Assembly (NCBI GenBank): GCA_963662315.1 | Contig: OY759353.1 | Location: 800,001-864,000, forward strand | DNA length: 64,000 bases | Source of the DNA: Geopsychrobacteraceae bacterium | GTDB lineage: Bacteria > Desulfobacterota > Desulfuromonadia > Desulfuromonadales > Geopsychrobacteraceae | Direction: 5' to 3' | In this document: piece after piece, positions 33,547 through 43,349 of the stretch | Numbering within the stretch: position 1 is the stretch's first letter | How the letters are laid out: each line of letters starts with the position of its first letter | The notes under the pieces: generated by a model | Told to the model about the DNA's origin: nothing | What the model saw: the letters and a program-made list of their open reading frames with translations, nothing else | Databases searched by the model: none | Position numbers and translations under genes: made by a program

Positions 33547-34467
33547 TCAATCCTTATTGATTTTAGGTAGTTGCAACCCGGTTAGATGCTCATACACTTT
33601 GATAACCGCCGAATCGTCTTCGCGACCATGTCCTGCAGCGCTGGCCGCAGTAAATTGTTGCAGAGCTGTGCTGGCAATCGGCAGTGGCAGAGTCAACTCC
33701 CGCCCGGTAGAATGAACAATACCCAAATCTTTAACAAAGATATTAACGGCGCTATGAGGTGTGTAGTCTCCTGCCAATATGTGTGGAACTCGGTTTTCAA
33801 ACATCCAGGAATTACCGGCGCTATTGGTAATGACTTCATAAAGCGTGTCCGGATCGAGTCCCATACTGATACCAAGGGCCATAGCTTCCGCTGCTGCTGC
33901 AATATGAATCCCGGCCAGGTGTTGATTGACCAGTTTAACGCTCGACCCGGCCCCGGCTGCGTCCCCTAAACGATAGATCTTTTCCGCGATGGCATTAAGA
34001 ACATCTTTGGCGCGGTCAAAATTGGTCGGAGCGCCAGAGGCCATAACCGATAGCTTACCCTGTCGTGCTTTGACTGAACCGCCACTGATGGGAGCATCAA
34101 TCAGATTCAACCCCCTTTCAGCCAGTCTTCCTTCAAGTTCACGGACATAACTTGGTGCGACCGTAGCGCACTGGATGACCAATCCACCTGCCTGCATATT
34201 TGCAACAACACCATTATCTCCGAATAGAACGCTATCGACCTGTTGGGAATTGACGACAACAACCAGAACGATGTCAGCCTGCTCTGCAACTTTACCTGGA
34301 TTCTCAGCGCATTGTCCCCCGCCAGCAATGAATTGGTCACAGGCTGCGGCGCTGACATCGCAGCCAATAACGGTTAACCCGGCGTCAACCATGGCCAATG
34401 CCGACCCCATCCCCATAGAGCCCAGTCCAATGATTCCGACCGTCTGTGTCTTTCCTGTTTCTGACAT
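33547..34467 (-). CDS. ltnD: L-threonate dehydrogenase-like beta-hydroxyacid dehydrogenase
   Basis: IGLGSMGMG, DAPISGG, KLVNQHLAGIHIA, GNSWMFENRVPH, IFVKDL. Confidence 0.8.
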   Translation of the reverse strand: MSETGKTQTVGIIGLGSMGMGSALAMVDAGLTVIGCDVSAAACDQFIAGGGQCAENPGKVAEQADIVLVVVVNSQQVDSVLFGDNGVVANMQAGGLVIQCATVAPSYVRELEGRLAERGLNLIDAPISGGSVKARQGKLSVMASGAPTNFDRAKDVLNAIAEKIYRLGDAAGAGSSVKLVNQHLAGIHIAAAAEAMALGISMGLDPDTLYEVITNSAGNSWMFENRVPHILAGDYTPHSAVNIFVKDLGIVHSTGRELTLPLPIASTALQQFTAASAAGHGREDDSAVIKVYEHLTGLQLPKINKD

Positions 34468-34633
34468 TCAATCCTCCGTCCGCTTAGATAGAAATACTCT
34501 TCTGGAGTCACCGACAACACGTGCTTATAGGGACTGTCTTCCTGGTAAAAGGATTACTGCATAGCATGTCCTCACTGTCATCTCAGCGCTGCGGGGTTCC
34601 TCCTTTCATTTAAAAGGGAAACTATCAGAAAAG

Positions 34634-35407
34634 CTAAGAACGATTGATCTGCAGATCATGCAGCGCTGCGTCTCTTATCATCAGGACATCTGAAGCAGAG
34701 ATGACAAAGTCATAACCGCGCTCGAGCATCTGTTTAGGTGTATCATTCGGTCGTGGCAGGCCGCCAAGGAACTTATTGCTTTTCTTGATAACCTCTTCGG
34801 CCTTGTTGACTGCTTCAATAAATTTTGGGTTATCGAAATCTCCAATCTGACCACAGTCGCCAGACAAATCACCATGACCGATAAACAACACATCAATGCC
34901 GTCAACAGCTGCGATTTCTTCGAGGTTGTCTACGGCTCTTAAGCTTTCAATCTGGGCGATGATGAGCAGTTCCTTGCCGTTATCAGGAAGATAGGTGGCG
35001 TTATGCAGACCATAAGAGGAACATCGGCTTAGAACGCTTGCCGCGCCTCTTCTCCCTTTGGGAGGGTAAAGGCTGGCACGAACGAGCGCACGTGCTTCTT
35101 CGGCACTGCCAACTTCAGGTACCATAATTCCTTCACAGCCAGTATCAAGAGCGCGCTTGATATGCACATGATCATTCCAGGGTACTCGGATAATCGAACA
35201 GGTCGGAGCGGCGCTCATGGCCTGCATCAGGTGGGTCGCACTCAGATAAGTGTCGGGGCCATGTTCAAGGTCAATAACCGCTCCGTCATAGCCACTTAAG
35301 GCTATAATTTCAGCAACAACCGGGCTACAGGTGTGAAGCCAGCATCCGAGAGCCTGCTCTCCGGCGTAAAGTTTTTTCTTTAATTGATTTTCTCTATACA
35401 TAGCCAT
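34634..35407 (-). CDS. HpcH/HpaI family class II pyruvate aldolase
   Basis: IDLEHGP, IRVP, KRALDTG, YPPKGRRG, AQIES, DVLFIG..DLS. Confidence 0.9.
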   Translation of the reverse strand: MAMYRENQLKKKLYAGEQALGCWLHTCSPVVAEIIALSGYDGAVIDLEHGPDTYLSATHLMQAMSAAPTCSIIRVPWNDHVHIKRALDTGCEGIMVPEVGSAEEARALVRASLYPPKGRRGAASVLSRCSSYGLHNATYLPDNGKELLIIAQIESLRAVDNLEEIAAVDGIDVLFIGHGDLSGDCGQIGDFDNPKFIEAVNKAEEVIKKSNKFLGGLPRPNDTPKQMLERGYDFVISASDVLMIRDAALHDLQINRS

Positions 35408-35426
35408 AACTCCATAACAAATAAGA

Positions 35427-36596
35427 TTACAACAAGCCTCTTTGGGCGAGATTTTTCATCAGTTGGCCAGTACCAAACTGCCAGGGCGGAGCAGCAGTAG
35501 ACAGGTTCACCCGATTAACCAGCGCGCCAAGCTGCGGGGTTTTTATTGTTACAACATCACCGATTTTATGGGTAAAGCCCATACCGGGGGCGTCACGATC
35601 ATAAGTGGGGGCAAACAGAGTTCCGGTAAACAGAACCAGTCCGTCAGGGTATTGATGATTGCGGCTGATGGTCTGCTTGACAAGATCTTCTGGATCACGA
35701 CTGATTTTCGTCATGGTGCTGCCATCTTCAAGGACAAAGCCGTCATCTCCTTCAACTTTCATAGACAGATCCAGTTGGCGCACATCATTCAGATTGAAAC
35801 CGTCATCAAACAGGCGGATAAAAGGCCCCAGAGCTGTTGATGCGTTATTATCTTTAGCCCGGCCCAGAAGCAAAGCACTGCGACCTTCAAAATCCCGCAG
35901 GTTGACATCGTTTCCAAGCGTTGCGCCGACAATATCCCCTTTGGAATTGACAACCAGAACAACCTCTGGCTCTGGATTATTCCAAGTTGATTCAGGATGA
36001 ATGCCTATTTCAGCGCCAATACCAACAGCGGACATGGGTTGGGCCTTGGAAAAGACCTCTGCATAAGGACCGATTCCAACCTCAAGATATTGCGACCACA
36101 ACCCACGATCAATGAGAATCTCTTTAAGCTTGAGAGCCTCTTCAGAGCCAGGCACAACCGAGGCGATATCTCCACCGATTTCCTTTTGTATGGTACTGCG
36201 GATCGCTTCAGCGGCCTTGGGATCGCCCTTGGCCTGTTCCTCAATGACCCGCTCAAGCATGCTGACAACAAATGTGACACCACAAGCCTTCACCGCTTGC
36301 AGATCGATCGGGGCAAGAAAGTACGGTTTATTGACATCAACACAGCCAGCAACACTGTTTGCCAACATCTCGCTCACTGAACCGATAATGGTCCCGTCAT
36401 AATCATTCACCAGACTCGGATCTTCAAGCAGACCGGAAACGGTAGGACAGCAGACTGTCACATCAACCACATCGTTTCCTCTAATCACAATGACAGCTGG
36501 TCCAGACGGATTTCCGGGAAGCCAAGCGCGGCCAAGTAGAGTTGCCTGGTCGGCGTCAAGCGGAAGAATGTCTTTAACCTTTAATTCAAACTGCAT
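35427..36596 (-). CDS. FAH-family protein, 2-keto-3-deoxypentonate dehydratase (XylX-like)
   Basis: KACGVTFVVSMLERVIEE, WSQYLEVGIGP, WNNPEPE, NDVNLRDFEGRSALLLG.AKDN, HQYPDG. Confidence 0.78.
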   Translation of the reverse strand: MQFELKVKDILPLDADQATLLGRAWLPGNPSGPAVIVIRGNDVVDVTVCCPTVSGLLEDPSLVNDYDGTIIGSVSEMLANSVAGCVDVNKPYFLAPIDLQAVKACGVTFVVSMLERVIEEQAKGDPKAAEAIRSTIQKEIGGDIASVVPGSEEALKLKEILIDRGLWSQYLEVGIGPYAEVFSKAQPMSAVGIGAEIGIHPESTWNNPEPEVVLVVNSKGDIVGATLGNDVNLRDFEGRSALLLGRAKDNNASTALGPFIRLFDDGFNLNDVRQLDLSMKVEGDDGFVLEDGSTMTKISRDPEDLVKQTISRNHQYPDGLVLFTGTLFAPTYDRDAPGMGFTHKIGDVVTIKTPQLGALVNRVNLSTAAPPWQFGTGQLMKNLAQRGLL

Positions 36597-36630
36597 GATG
36601 TTCTCCTGAGTCAACAAAATAAGCAGACAG

Positions 36631-37476
36631 TTACAATGCTGAACGGCATACCTGGGTTTGGATCCCTAGCCCTTCGATTCCCAGCCTAACTGTATCGTTG
36701 TTCTTCAAATATGTGGGTGGTTTCTGTCCCATGCCGACCCCGGGAGGCGTTCCTGTTGAAATAATATCGCCAGGCCATAGGGTCATGTAGCGACTTAAAT
36801 AACTGACGATTTCAGCCACAGGAAAAATCATTTTGGCGGTTGTGCCCTGCTGGTAGCGATGTCCATTAACCTCAAGCCACAAATCCAGTTGTTGTGGGTC
36901 GGGAACTTCATCACGGGTCACGAGCCATGGTCCAATAGGCCCAAAACCGTCACAGGATTTGCCTTTTACCCACTGGCCTGTCCCTTCTAGTTGATAAGCT
37001 CTTTCACTTAAATCGTTAACAACACAGTAACCGGCAACATAGTTCAAGGCAGAGTCAACAGTCACATCCTTGGCACGGGTTCCGATAATAACCCCTAATT
37101 CCACCTCCCAGTCGGTTTTCTGAGAGTTACGTGGAATAAGGACGTCATCATTGGGACCGGCAATAGCGCTGGTCGCTTTCATGAAAAGAACCGGTTCTTC
37201 GGGAATTGCCATTCCTGACTCGGCGGCATGATCAGAGTAATTAAGGCCGATACACATAAATTTTCCACTCCCGGAGACACAGGGTCCCAGGCGAACCGAG
37301 GCGTCAATCGGAGGAAGTGTGGACGGATCCAGACTTTTAAGCTGGTCAAGTACCGAAGGTGAAAGTGAGGCAGGACAGATGTCGGAGATATGAGCCGACA
37401 GATCCCGAATATGTCCATCATTATCAAGCAGCCCGGGCTTTTCATCGCCGGGAGAACCGTAGCGTAACAACTTCAT
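36631..37476 (-). CDS. FAH-family hydrolase (diketo-acid hydrolase type)
   Basis: MKLLRYG..G.EKPG, CIGLNY, DWEVELG, NDLSER, KGKS, STGTPPGVG. Confidence 0.85.
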   Translation of the reverse strand: MKLLRYGSPGDEKPGLLDNDGHIRDLSAHISDICPASLSPSVLDQLKSLDPSTLPPIDASVRLGPCVSGSGKFMCIGLNYSDHAAESGMAIPEEPVLFMKATSAIAGPNDDVLIPRNSQKTDWEVELGVIIGTRAKDVTVDSALNYVAGYCVVNDLSERAYQLEGTGQWVKGKSCDGFGPIGPWLVTRDEVPDPQQLDLWLEVNGHRYQQGTTAKMIFPVAEIVSYLSRYMTLWPGDIISTGTPPGVGMGQKPPTYLKNNDTVRLGIEGLGIQTQVCRSAL

Positions 37477-37545
37477 TGCCTACCCTGTCGGAAAGATGAT
37501 TAATTCTGAGCAGGCTCATGATCCTGCTCAGAACAGACAGTCTAT

Positions 37546-39138
37546 TTAAATTGCGTCTCGGCTTTTTTCGCCATTCACAAGACGCCAGATATTTAATGGA
37601 TTACTATCCTGTAACGGTTCAGGGAGCAACTCTTGCGGGTAATTCTGCAGACAGATTGGCCTAAGGAAGCGGTAAATTGCTGCGGAACCAACCGAGGTAA
37701 AACGAGCATCACTGGCAGCCGGGAATGGTCCACCGTGAACCATGGCATGGCACACTTCAACGCCGGTAGGGTAACCGTTAATCAATAAACGGCCGACGCG
37801 CACTTTCATCAAGTCGATCAGAGCAGCATAATCGCTCATTTCCCCTTCAGCGGTCTGAATAGTACCTGTCAGCTGCCCTTTAAGACTTGCAACAGCAGCT
37901 TCAAGCTCTGACAGGTCCTTACATTTAACGATCAGAGAAGCCGGTCCAAACATTTCTTCTGTCAGTTTCGGATTGGCGATAAAGTCCTGAGCGAAAACTG
38001 TCATCAAGGTTGGCTGGCATGCGCAGCCAGACTTTCCGGACCCACTTTCACCAACCGCCGTTGTGGTGACACCAGCTTGACTCGAAATTGTCTCAACTCC
38101 CTCGTTGTATGCTTCCTGGATACCACGGTTCAACATGATACCTGCCATTTGTTTACCCAACTGTTCACTGGCCGTTTTTATGAACCGGTCAAGCCCTGGG
38201 CCGTCTATACCCAGCACCAGACCAGGATTGGTACAAAACTGTCCAACCCCCATATTCAAGGAGGTTACAAATCCTTCTGCAACTGCCTCAGCCTCCGCTT
38301 CAAGTTTTTTCGGTAGCAGAACAACTGGGTTCTGGCTGCCCATTTCAGTGAAGACGGGTATTGGTTCAGGGCGATCATTCGCCAACTTAACCAATGTCAT
38401 ACCGCCGCTGAAAGAGCCGGTAAACCCGACAGCCTTAACTTCCGGAGCAACCACAAGGGCACTGCCGACTTCGCGACCGGCACCCATCAGTAAAGAGAAT
38501 ACACCAGCCGGCATACCCGTCTTTTTGATCGCCTTATCAATGGCCTGAGCGACAAGTTCACTGGTTCCTGGATGGGAAGAATGCCCTTTGACCAGTACCG
38601 GGCAGCCCGCAGCAAAGGCGGAGGCGGTATCGCCGCCTGCTACGGAAAAGGCCAGTGGAAAGTTGCTGGCACCGAAAACAACAACTGGCCCCAGGGCCTG
38701 ATTCATATAGCGTAAATCAGGGCGCGGCAGAGGCTGTCGATCCGGCATTGCGGTATCGATACGGATATCGAGAAAGTCACCAGCCTCGACAACATCTGCA
38801 AACATGTTCAACTGAAAACAGGTACGTCCCCGCTCCCCTTCCAGTCGCGCTTGTGGCAATGCGGTTTCAGCCATGCCGCGTTGAATCAACTCATCTCCAA
38901 GGGCCATGATTTCATCCGCACAGGCACGCAGAAATTCTGCCCGCTTGGGCAGCGACATAAGACGGAATTCAGAAGCGGCACTTTGCGCTGCAGCAACAGC
39001 AACGTCAACCTGGGCGGATGATGCTTTGGTCAATAGCGGTTCTATTGCTTCATTGGTGGCAGGATTAACAGCCTGATAGGTCCCTGATTCGCCGTTAACC
39101 CACTCTCCATTGATTAATAATTTTCCTGAAATAGCCAT
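37546..39138 (-). CDS. NAD(P)+ aldehyde dehydrogenase, alpha-ketoglutaric semialdehyde dehydrogenase type
   Basis: FGASNFPLAFSVAGGDTASA, GFTGS, EMGSQNP, GQFCTNPG, EEMFGP, HGGPFPA. Confidence 0.85.
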   Translation of the reverse strand: MAISGKLLINGEWVNGESGTYQAVNPATNEAIEPLLTKASSAQVDVAVAAAQSAASEFRLMSLPKRAEFLRACADEIMALGDELIQRGMAETALPQARLEGERGRTCFQLNMFADVVEAGDFLDIRIDTAMPDRQPLPRPDLRYMNQALGPVVVFGASNFPLAFSVAGGDTASAFAAGCPVLVKGHSSHPGTSELVAQAIDKAIKKTGMPAGVFSLLMGAGREVGSALVVAPEVKAVGFTGSFSGGMTLVKLANDRPEPIPVFTEMGSQNPVVLLPKKLEAEAEAVAEGFVTSLNMGVGQFCTNPGLVLGIDGPGLDRFIKTASEQLGKQMAGIMLNRGIQEAYNEGVETISSQAGVTTTAVGESGSGKSGCACQPTLMTVFAQDFIANPKLTEEMFGPASLIVKCKDLSELEAAVASLKGQLTGTIQTAEGEMSDYAALIDLMKVRVGRLLINGYPTGVEVCHAMVHGGPFPAASDARFTSVGSAAIYRFLRPICLQNYPQELLPEPLQDSNPLNIWRLVNGEKSRDAI

Positions 39139-39187
39139 TATAGATACTCCTCCTCTAGCTTTTTGTGGTGTCAGATACAGACTTTGA

Positions 39188-39862
39188 TTACTGTTTAATT
39201 TTTCTGAATTCAGCTACCGCAGAAGCGACGCCCATACGCGGGCTGGTTAAAACCGGGATCGGCGTTTCGCCAAGCTCCGGTAAAATGGCAACCATACTTC
39301 CCTGGGCACAAACAACAACATCGACACTGGCAAGGACACTGCGTATACCCTCAAGGACCATTTCATTGTGTTTTTTCCGCTGACCGCCAATCAATTCGGC
39401 GAAAGCCCCTTCTATCAGCAAGGGGTGAATCTCAATCTCAGCACCTTCTTCAGCGGCAGTCTTTTCAATTAGACGGCAGGTTGGTCCAAGGGTGGTCTGC
39501 AGCGTTGCGGCAACCGCAATTTTACGTCCACTGCGACAAGCAACTCTGGCCATTTCCTGATCAACTTTGACAACTGGCGTAGAAATAAGCTGGGCAGCGA
39601 TATCAGCGGCTTCCCCAACTGAAGAGCACTGATTGAAAATCAGGTCACTGCCTGCTTCCTCAGCAGCTTTATAATAAGCGCACATCCGGCTGCGTACAGC
39701 AGAGGTCACTCCGCCATTGGCCAATACTTCGGGAAGAAGGCTGTCGTCAACAATGTGGCGAATCTGTATTTCGGGACCGAGCTCGTTAAACAATGCCGTT
39801 AAATCTTCCACAGATACAAAACTGGTATGAACAATTGTGACGATACCTTTAGAATTTGCCAT
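39188..39862 (-). CDS. Asp/Glu/hydantoin racemase superfamily protein
   Basis: NQCSSVG, AATLQTTLGPT, CAQGSM, PVLTSP. Confidence 0.75.
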   Translation of the reverse strand: MANSKGIVTIVHTSFVSVEDLTALFNELGPEIQIRHIVDDSLLPEVLANGGVTSAVRSRMCAYYKAAEEAGSDLIFNQCSSVGEAADIAAQLISTPVVKVDQEMARVACRSGRKIAVAATLQTTLGPTCRLIEKTAAEEGAEIEIHPLLIEGAFAELIGGQRKKHNEMVLEGIRSVLASVDVVVCAQGSMVAILPELGETPIPVLTSPRMGVASAVAEFRKIKQ

Positions 39863-40055
39863 ACGCTCAATCTCCTTTTACCTTTCGGATGAATTACCAG
39901 TCGACAACTGTTCCGTCATTTAATCCCCTGGTTGGTCAGTCTCAACCTTGACAAATACCCAGTTTCGCATATGTGCATTGACAACTAATGGTTTGATTGC
40001 GGTAATTTTCATCTATACCCCACCTTGTCAGTCCTGCGCTGTATGTATGCTTCTG

Positions 40056-40475
40056 TTAGCCTATGGAAAGAACTGCCGCACCTGCTTTTGCTATTTCATC
40101 ATCCTGCTCAGCGGTGACGCCACTGATCCCAATGGCGCCAATAAGCTCACCATTAAAATACAGTGGCTGTCCACCGGGAACCGGAATGGCCCTTGGCAAG
40201 GCCAGTACCGCTTGCCGGCCGCCTAACAGGCCGGCCTCGAAGGCACTTGTAGGGCGTTGGTAAATCAAAGCAGATGTCGCTTTCTTAAGAGCAAAATCGA
40301 CACTCGCCAACTGGGTTCCATCCATGCGTTCCAATAAGAGAAGATGCCCACCATCGTCAATAATCGCAACAACAACGTTCCAGCCATTAGCCTGTGCAAG
40401 CCTTTGCGCCGCAACCTTTATTTCTTTTGCGGCCGCAAGGGTCAGAACCGGTTTTGTCGGCAGTTCAGTGATCAT
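40056..40475 (-). CDS. GlcG/HbpS family (DUF336) protein
   Basis: AIIDDGGHL, ERMDG, ALKKA, GGQPL, GAIGISG...DDEIA. Confidence 0.88.
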   Translation of the reverse strand: MITELPTKPVLTLAAAKEIKVAAQRLAQANGWNVVVAIIDDGGHLLLLERMDGTQLASVDFALKKATSALIYQRPTSAFEAGLLGGRQAVLALPRAIPVPGGQPLYFNGELIGAIGISGVTAEQDDEIAKAGAAVLSIG

Positions 40476-40492
40476 ATCGATAACCCGTCAAT

Positions 40493-41668
40493 TTATTTTT
40501 CAGTGTATTTTTCGACGTTGGTACGTTGTTCCCACCCTTCGCTGAACAGTGCCAGCCGCCCACCTGTGCGTGGGTGCTTGGCACATTCTTCACGGTTCAG
40601 GGTAACGCCAAGCCCCGGGGCATCGGGTGCCGCAAAACAACCATCAGCCGGATCAACGCGGGGGGCTCCCTGTACAGTTTCAAATACCCACGGATCAGCA
40701 AAATCGTTGAAGTGTTCAAGTATTTTGAAATTCGGGCATGCGACTGAAAAGTGCAAAGCTGCAGCCGTTCCGATAGGTCCACAGACGTTATGGGGAGCAA
40801 GCAATACATTGTAAGCCTTGGTCCAGCCAACCAGCTGTTGAATACCGGTAATACCACCTGCATGAGTCAGGTCAACCTGGTAGATGTCGATGAGTCCTTC
40901 TTCAATAAATGGTCTGAGGTCATGAATCTCATGCATCCTTTCCCCGGATGCTATAGGCAGATGAGTGCTCTGCCGGACCGATCTTAAACTGGTTACGTCG
41001 GTGGGAGTTACAGGCTCTTCAAGCCAACCGGGCTCGATATTGATAACATCTCTGGCCACGGCTCGCGCAGCGGCACCGGTAAAGCGTCCGTGCATCTCAA
41101 GGAAAATCTGTACATCAGGGCCAACTGCGTCGCGGACCGCCTGAAGAATAGCCACGGCACGTTTACGCTCACTCGGGGATATCTCGGCAGATGCGGCTCC
41201 AAACGGGTCGATCTTTAAACCACGGTACCCTTTTGCCACGACCCCTCTAGCCAACTCCTGGATAATGTGTGGATCGCGATCACCCTGATACCAACCGTTG
41301 GCATATGCAGGGACCCGATCTCTGAATTTACCGCCAAGCAATTTCCATACGGGGACACCGAGGTCTTTACCGAGGATATCCCAGCAAGCCATGTCAAAGG
41401 CGGCAAGAGCGCTTTGTCCGACCTCCCCTGGCAAGCCATACTCACCGACCTGAACATTCCACGCCAGGCGCGTCAGATCTGCCGGATCCATGCCGATGAC
41501 GTAGCGAGCGCCCAATTCTTCAATAGCAGCAATGAGGGTATCCGTTTTATTGACCATCCGGACTTCACCTAGCCCGGTAATTCCAGTATTTGTGGTTAAT
41601 TCCACAATGGTCAATTCACGCCATGGAGCACCAACAACGACAATGTCAATATTCTCAATTTTCATCAC
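40493..41668 (-). CDS. mandelate racemase/enolase superfamily acid-sugar dehydratase (DgoD-like)
   Basis: WDILGK.LGVPVW.LLGG, AYANGWY, KIDPFG, EMHGRF, WLEEP, ASGER, APHN. Confidence 0.85.
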   Translation of the reverse strand: MMKIENIDIVVVGAPWRELTIVELTTNTGITGLGEVRMVNKTDTLIAAIEELGARYVIGMDPADLTRLAWNVQVGEYGLPGEVGQSALAAFDMACWDILGKDLGVPVWKLLGGKFRDRVPAYANGWYQGDRDPHIIQELARGVVAKGYRGLKIDPFGAASAEISPSERKRAVAILQAVRDAVGPDVQIFLEMHGRFTGAAARAVARDVINIEPGWLEEPVTPTDVTSLRSVRQSTHLPIASGERMHEIHDLRPFIEEGLIDIYQVDLTHAGGITGIQQLVGWTKAYNVLLAPHNVCGPIGTAAALHFSVACPNFKILEHFNDFADPWVFETVQGAPRVDPADGCFAAPDAPGLGVTLNREECAKHPRTGGRLALFSEGWEQRTNVEKYTEK

Positions 41669-41685
41669 TGATCTCCTGTGAATTT

Positions 41686-42672
41686 TTAGAGCGCCTTTAT
41701 TTCAGGTTTTGGCGCAGCAACAGCCTTTAACTGATTGCACAAAGGCTTGCCGAACCCCTCAGCGGAAATCACGAAGACATCTCCCGACTCAGTTTGTACC
41801 TTGTCGGCAAAACTTAATGTTGCTGTCCCGAAAAAGTGGACATGGAGATCACCGGCACGACGGAAGCCCTGATATTTGAAATGATGATATTCAAGGTTGG
41901 ATATGTAATGACTCATATTCTGCTCACCACTGGCAAATTCCTTTTCCCACAGCACTTTGCCATCACGGTAAATACAACTTTTCCCTTTGATATCCTGCGG
42001 CAGATCACCAAGCAGAAGTTCCGGGCCGAACGAGCATTGGCGCAATTTGGAGTGAGCCAGCCACAGGTAATTCTGTTTTTCCAGAACATGATCTGAATAT
42101 TCATTGGCCAGAGCGAAACCTATGCGATAAGGAGTTCCATCATCGGCGATAAGGTAAAGACCACAAATTTCAGGTTCTTCCCCCCCGTCCTGCGCGTATT
42201 CAGGAAGTTCCAGAGCTTGCCCAGGAGCAACCAGCCAGCTGCCGTCCCCCTTATAAAACCACTCCGGCTCAACGCCGATAGTGCCGGGTTCTGGTTTTCC
42301 TCCCTCAACGCCCCATTTGAACATTTTCATCGAATCAGTCATCTGATCGGCGGCTTGCTCATGCATGGCGCTGCGGGCACTGGCGCTGCCAAGATGTGTG
42401 AGACCTGTACCGGCAAGAATCATATGGGCCGGGTCATTATGGGTAACGGGCGGAAGCAGGCAGCCTGCGTCTATGATTTCCTGATAATTGACACGTTTTG
42501 CATAACCTGTTTTCTCGATATGCTTGGCAAGAGATTCCTGGTTGGCAATCGCCTGCAGGCATAATTGGTAAGTACTATGAACATCCGCAATGACATTCAA
42601 TGAGTCACCATCAACCACGGCAACATAAGTTACGGAAGGATTATCCTTTTCAAAGAATTGAACAATACGCAT
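41686..42672 (-). CDS. AraD1/GguC-type FAH-like protein
   Basis: GTGLTHLGSA, TDSMKMF, PEWFYKGDG, DGGEEPE, NEYSDH, HSKLR, HHFKY, HFFGTATLSF. Confidence 0.8.
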   Translation of the reverse strand: MRIVQFFEKDNPSVTYVAVVDGDSLNVIADVHSTYQLCLQAIANQESLAKHIEKTGYAKRVNYQEIIDAGCLLPPVTHNDPAHMILAGTGLTHLGSASARSAMHEQAADQMTDSMKMFKWGVEGGKPEPGTIGVEPEWFYKGDGSWLVAPGQALELPEYAQDGGEEPEICGLYLIADDGTPYRIGFALANEYSDHVLEKQNYLWLAHSKLRQCSFGPELLLGDLPQDIKGKSCIYRDGKVLWEKEFASGEQNMSHYISNLEYHHFKYQGFRRAGDLHVHFFGTATLSFADKVQTESGDVFVISAEGFGKPLCNQLKAVAAPKPEIKAL

Positions 42673-42673
42673 G

Positions 42674-43348
42674 TTAGTTCCTCTCTTGTTCAGTAACTGC
42701 GAACGAAGGTTCATGATGAGTATTTAGATAGCTCATGTGCTGGATAAAACACTTGGCTTTTTCACGAACACTGTCGACACTGTCACCGGCCCGGTATAAG
42801 GAGGAACCCAGACCAAAACCGGCAGCGCCTGCAGTAACGTAAGCTTCCATATTTTCAAGTGAAATCCCCCCTACCGGTACCAGCATCAGGTCAGGCGGTA
42901 ATACAGCGCGCAGACCTTTTAAAACCGATGGACCCATAAGATCGGCAGGGAAAATTTTCACAGCATCTGCACCAGCATCATGCATGGCGGCAATTTCAGT
43001 CGGTGTCAGAGCACCTGGTGTGACGAACAAGCCCAGCTGTTTGGCCCGTTTGACAACATCAACCCGGGCGTAGGGTGTTACAATTATTTTTCCACCAGCC
43101 TCAGCCACAGCGTCTACTTCAGCGATACTGGTTACAGTACCGGCCCCAACCAGGGCCTGGTCAGCAAATGCCGTGGCCAGGAGTTTAATCGATGTCAGTG
43201 GCGATGGTGAATTTAAAGGAACCTCGACAATTGTCAGACCTTCCTTTATGGCGGCACCGACAACATCTACAGCTTCTTCTGGTGTAATCCCGCGGAATAT
43301 ACCGATTAGACCGGTCGTGTTGAAAAACTGTCTGAATTGATTGGCCAC
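42674..43348 (-). CDS. dgoA: 2-dehydro-3-deoxy-6-phosphogalactonate aldolase (KDPG/KHG family)
   Basis: IFRGITP, EVPLNSP, GAGTV, KIFPA, PVGGI, FGLGSSLY. Confidence 0.85.
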   Translation of the reverse strand: MANQFRQFFNTTGLIGIFRGITPEEAVDVVGAAIKEGLTIVEVPLNSPSPLTSIKLLATAFADQALVGAGTVTSIAEVDAVAEAGGKIIVTPYARVDVVKRAKQLGLFVTPGALTPTEIAAMHDAGADAVKIFPADLMGPSVLKGLRAVLPPDLMLVPVGGISLENMEAYVTAGAAGFGLGSSLYRAGDSVDSVREKAKCFIQHMSYLNTHHEPSFAVTEQERN

Positions 43349-43349
43349 T

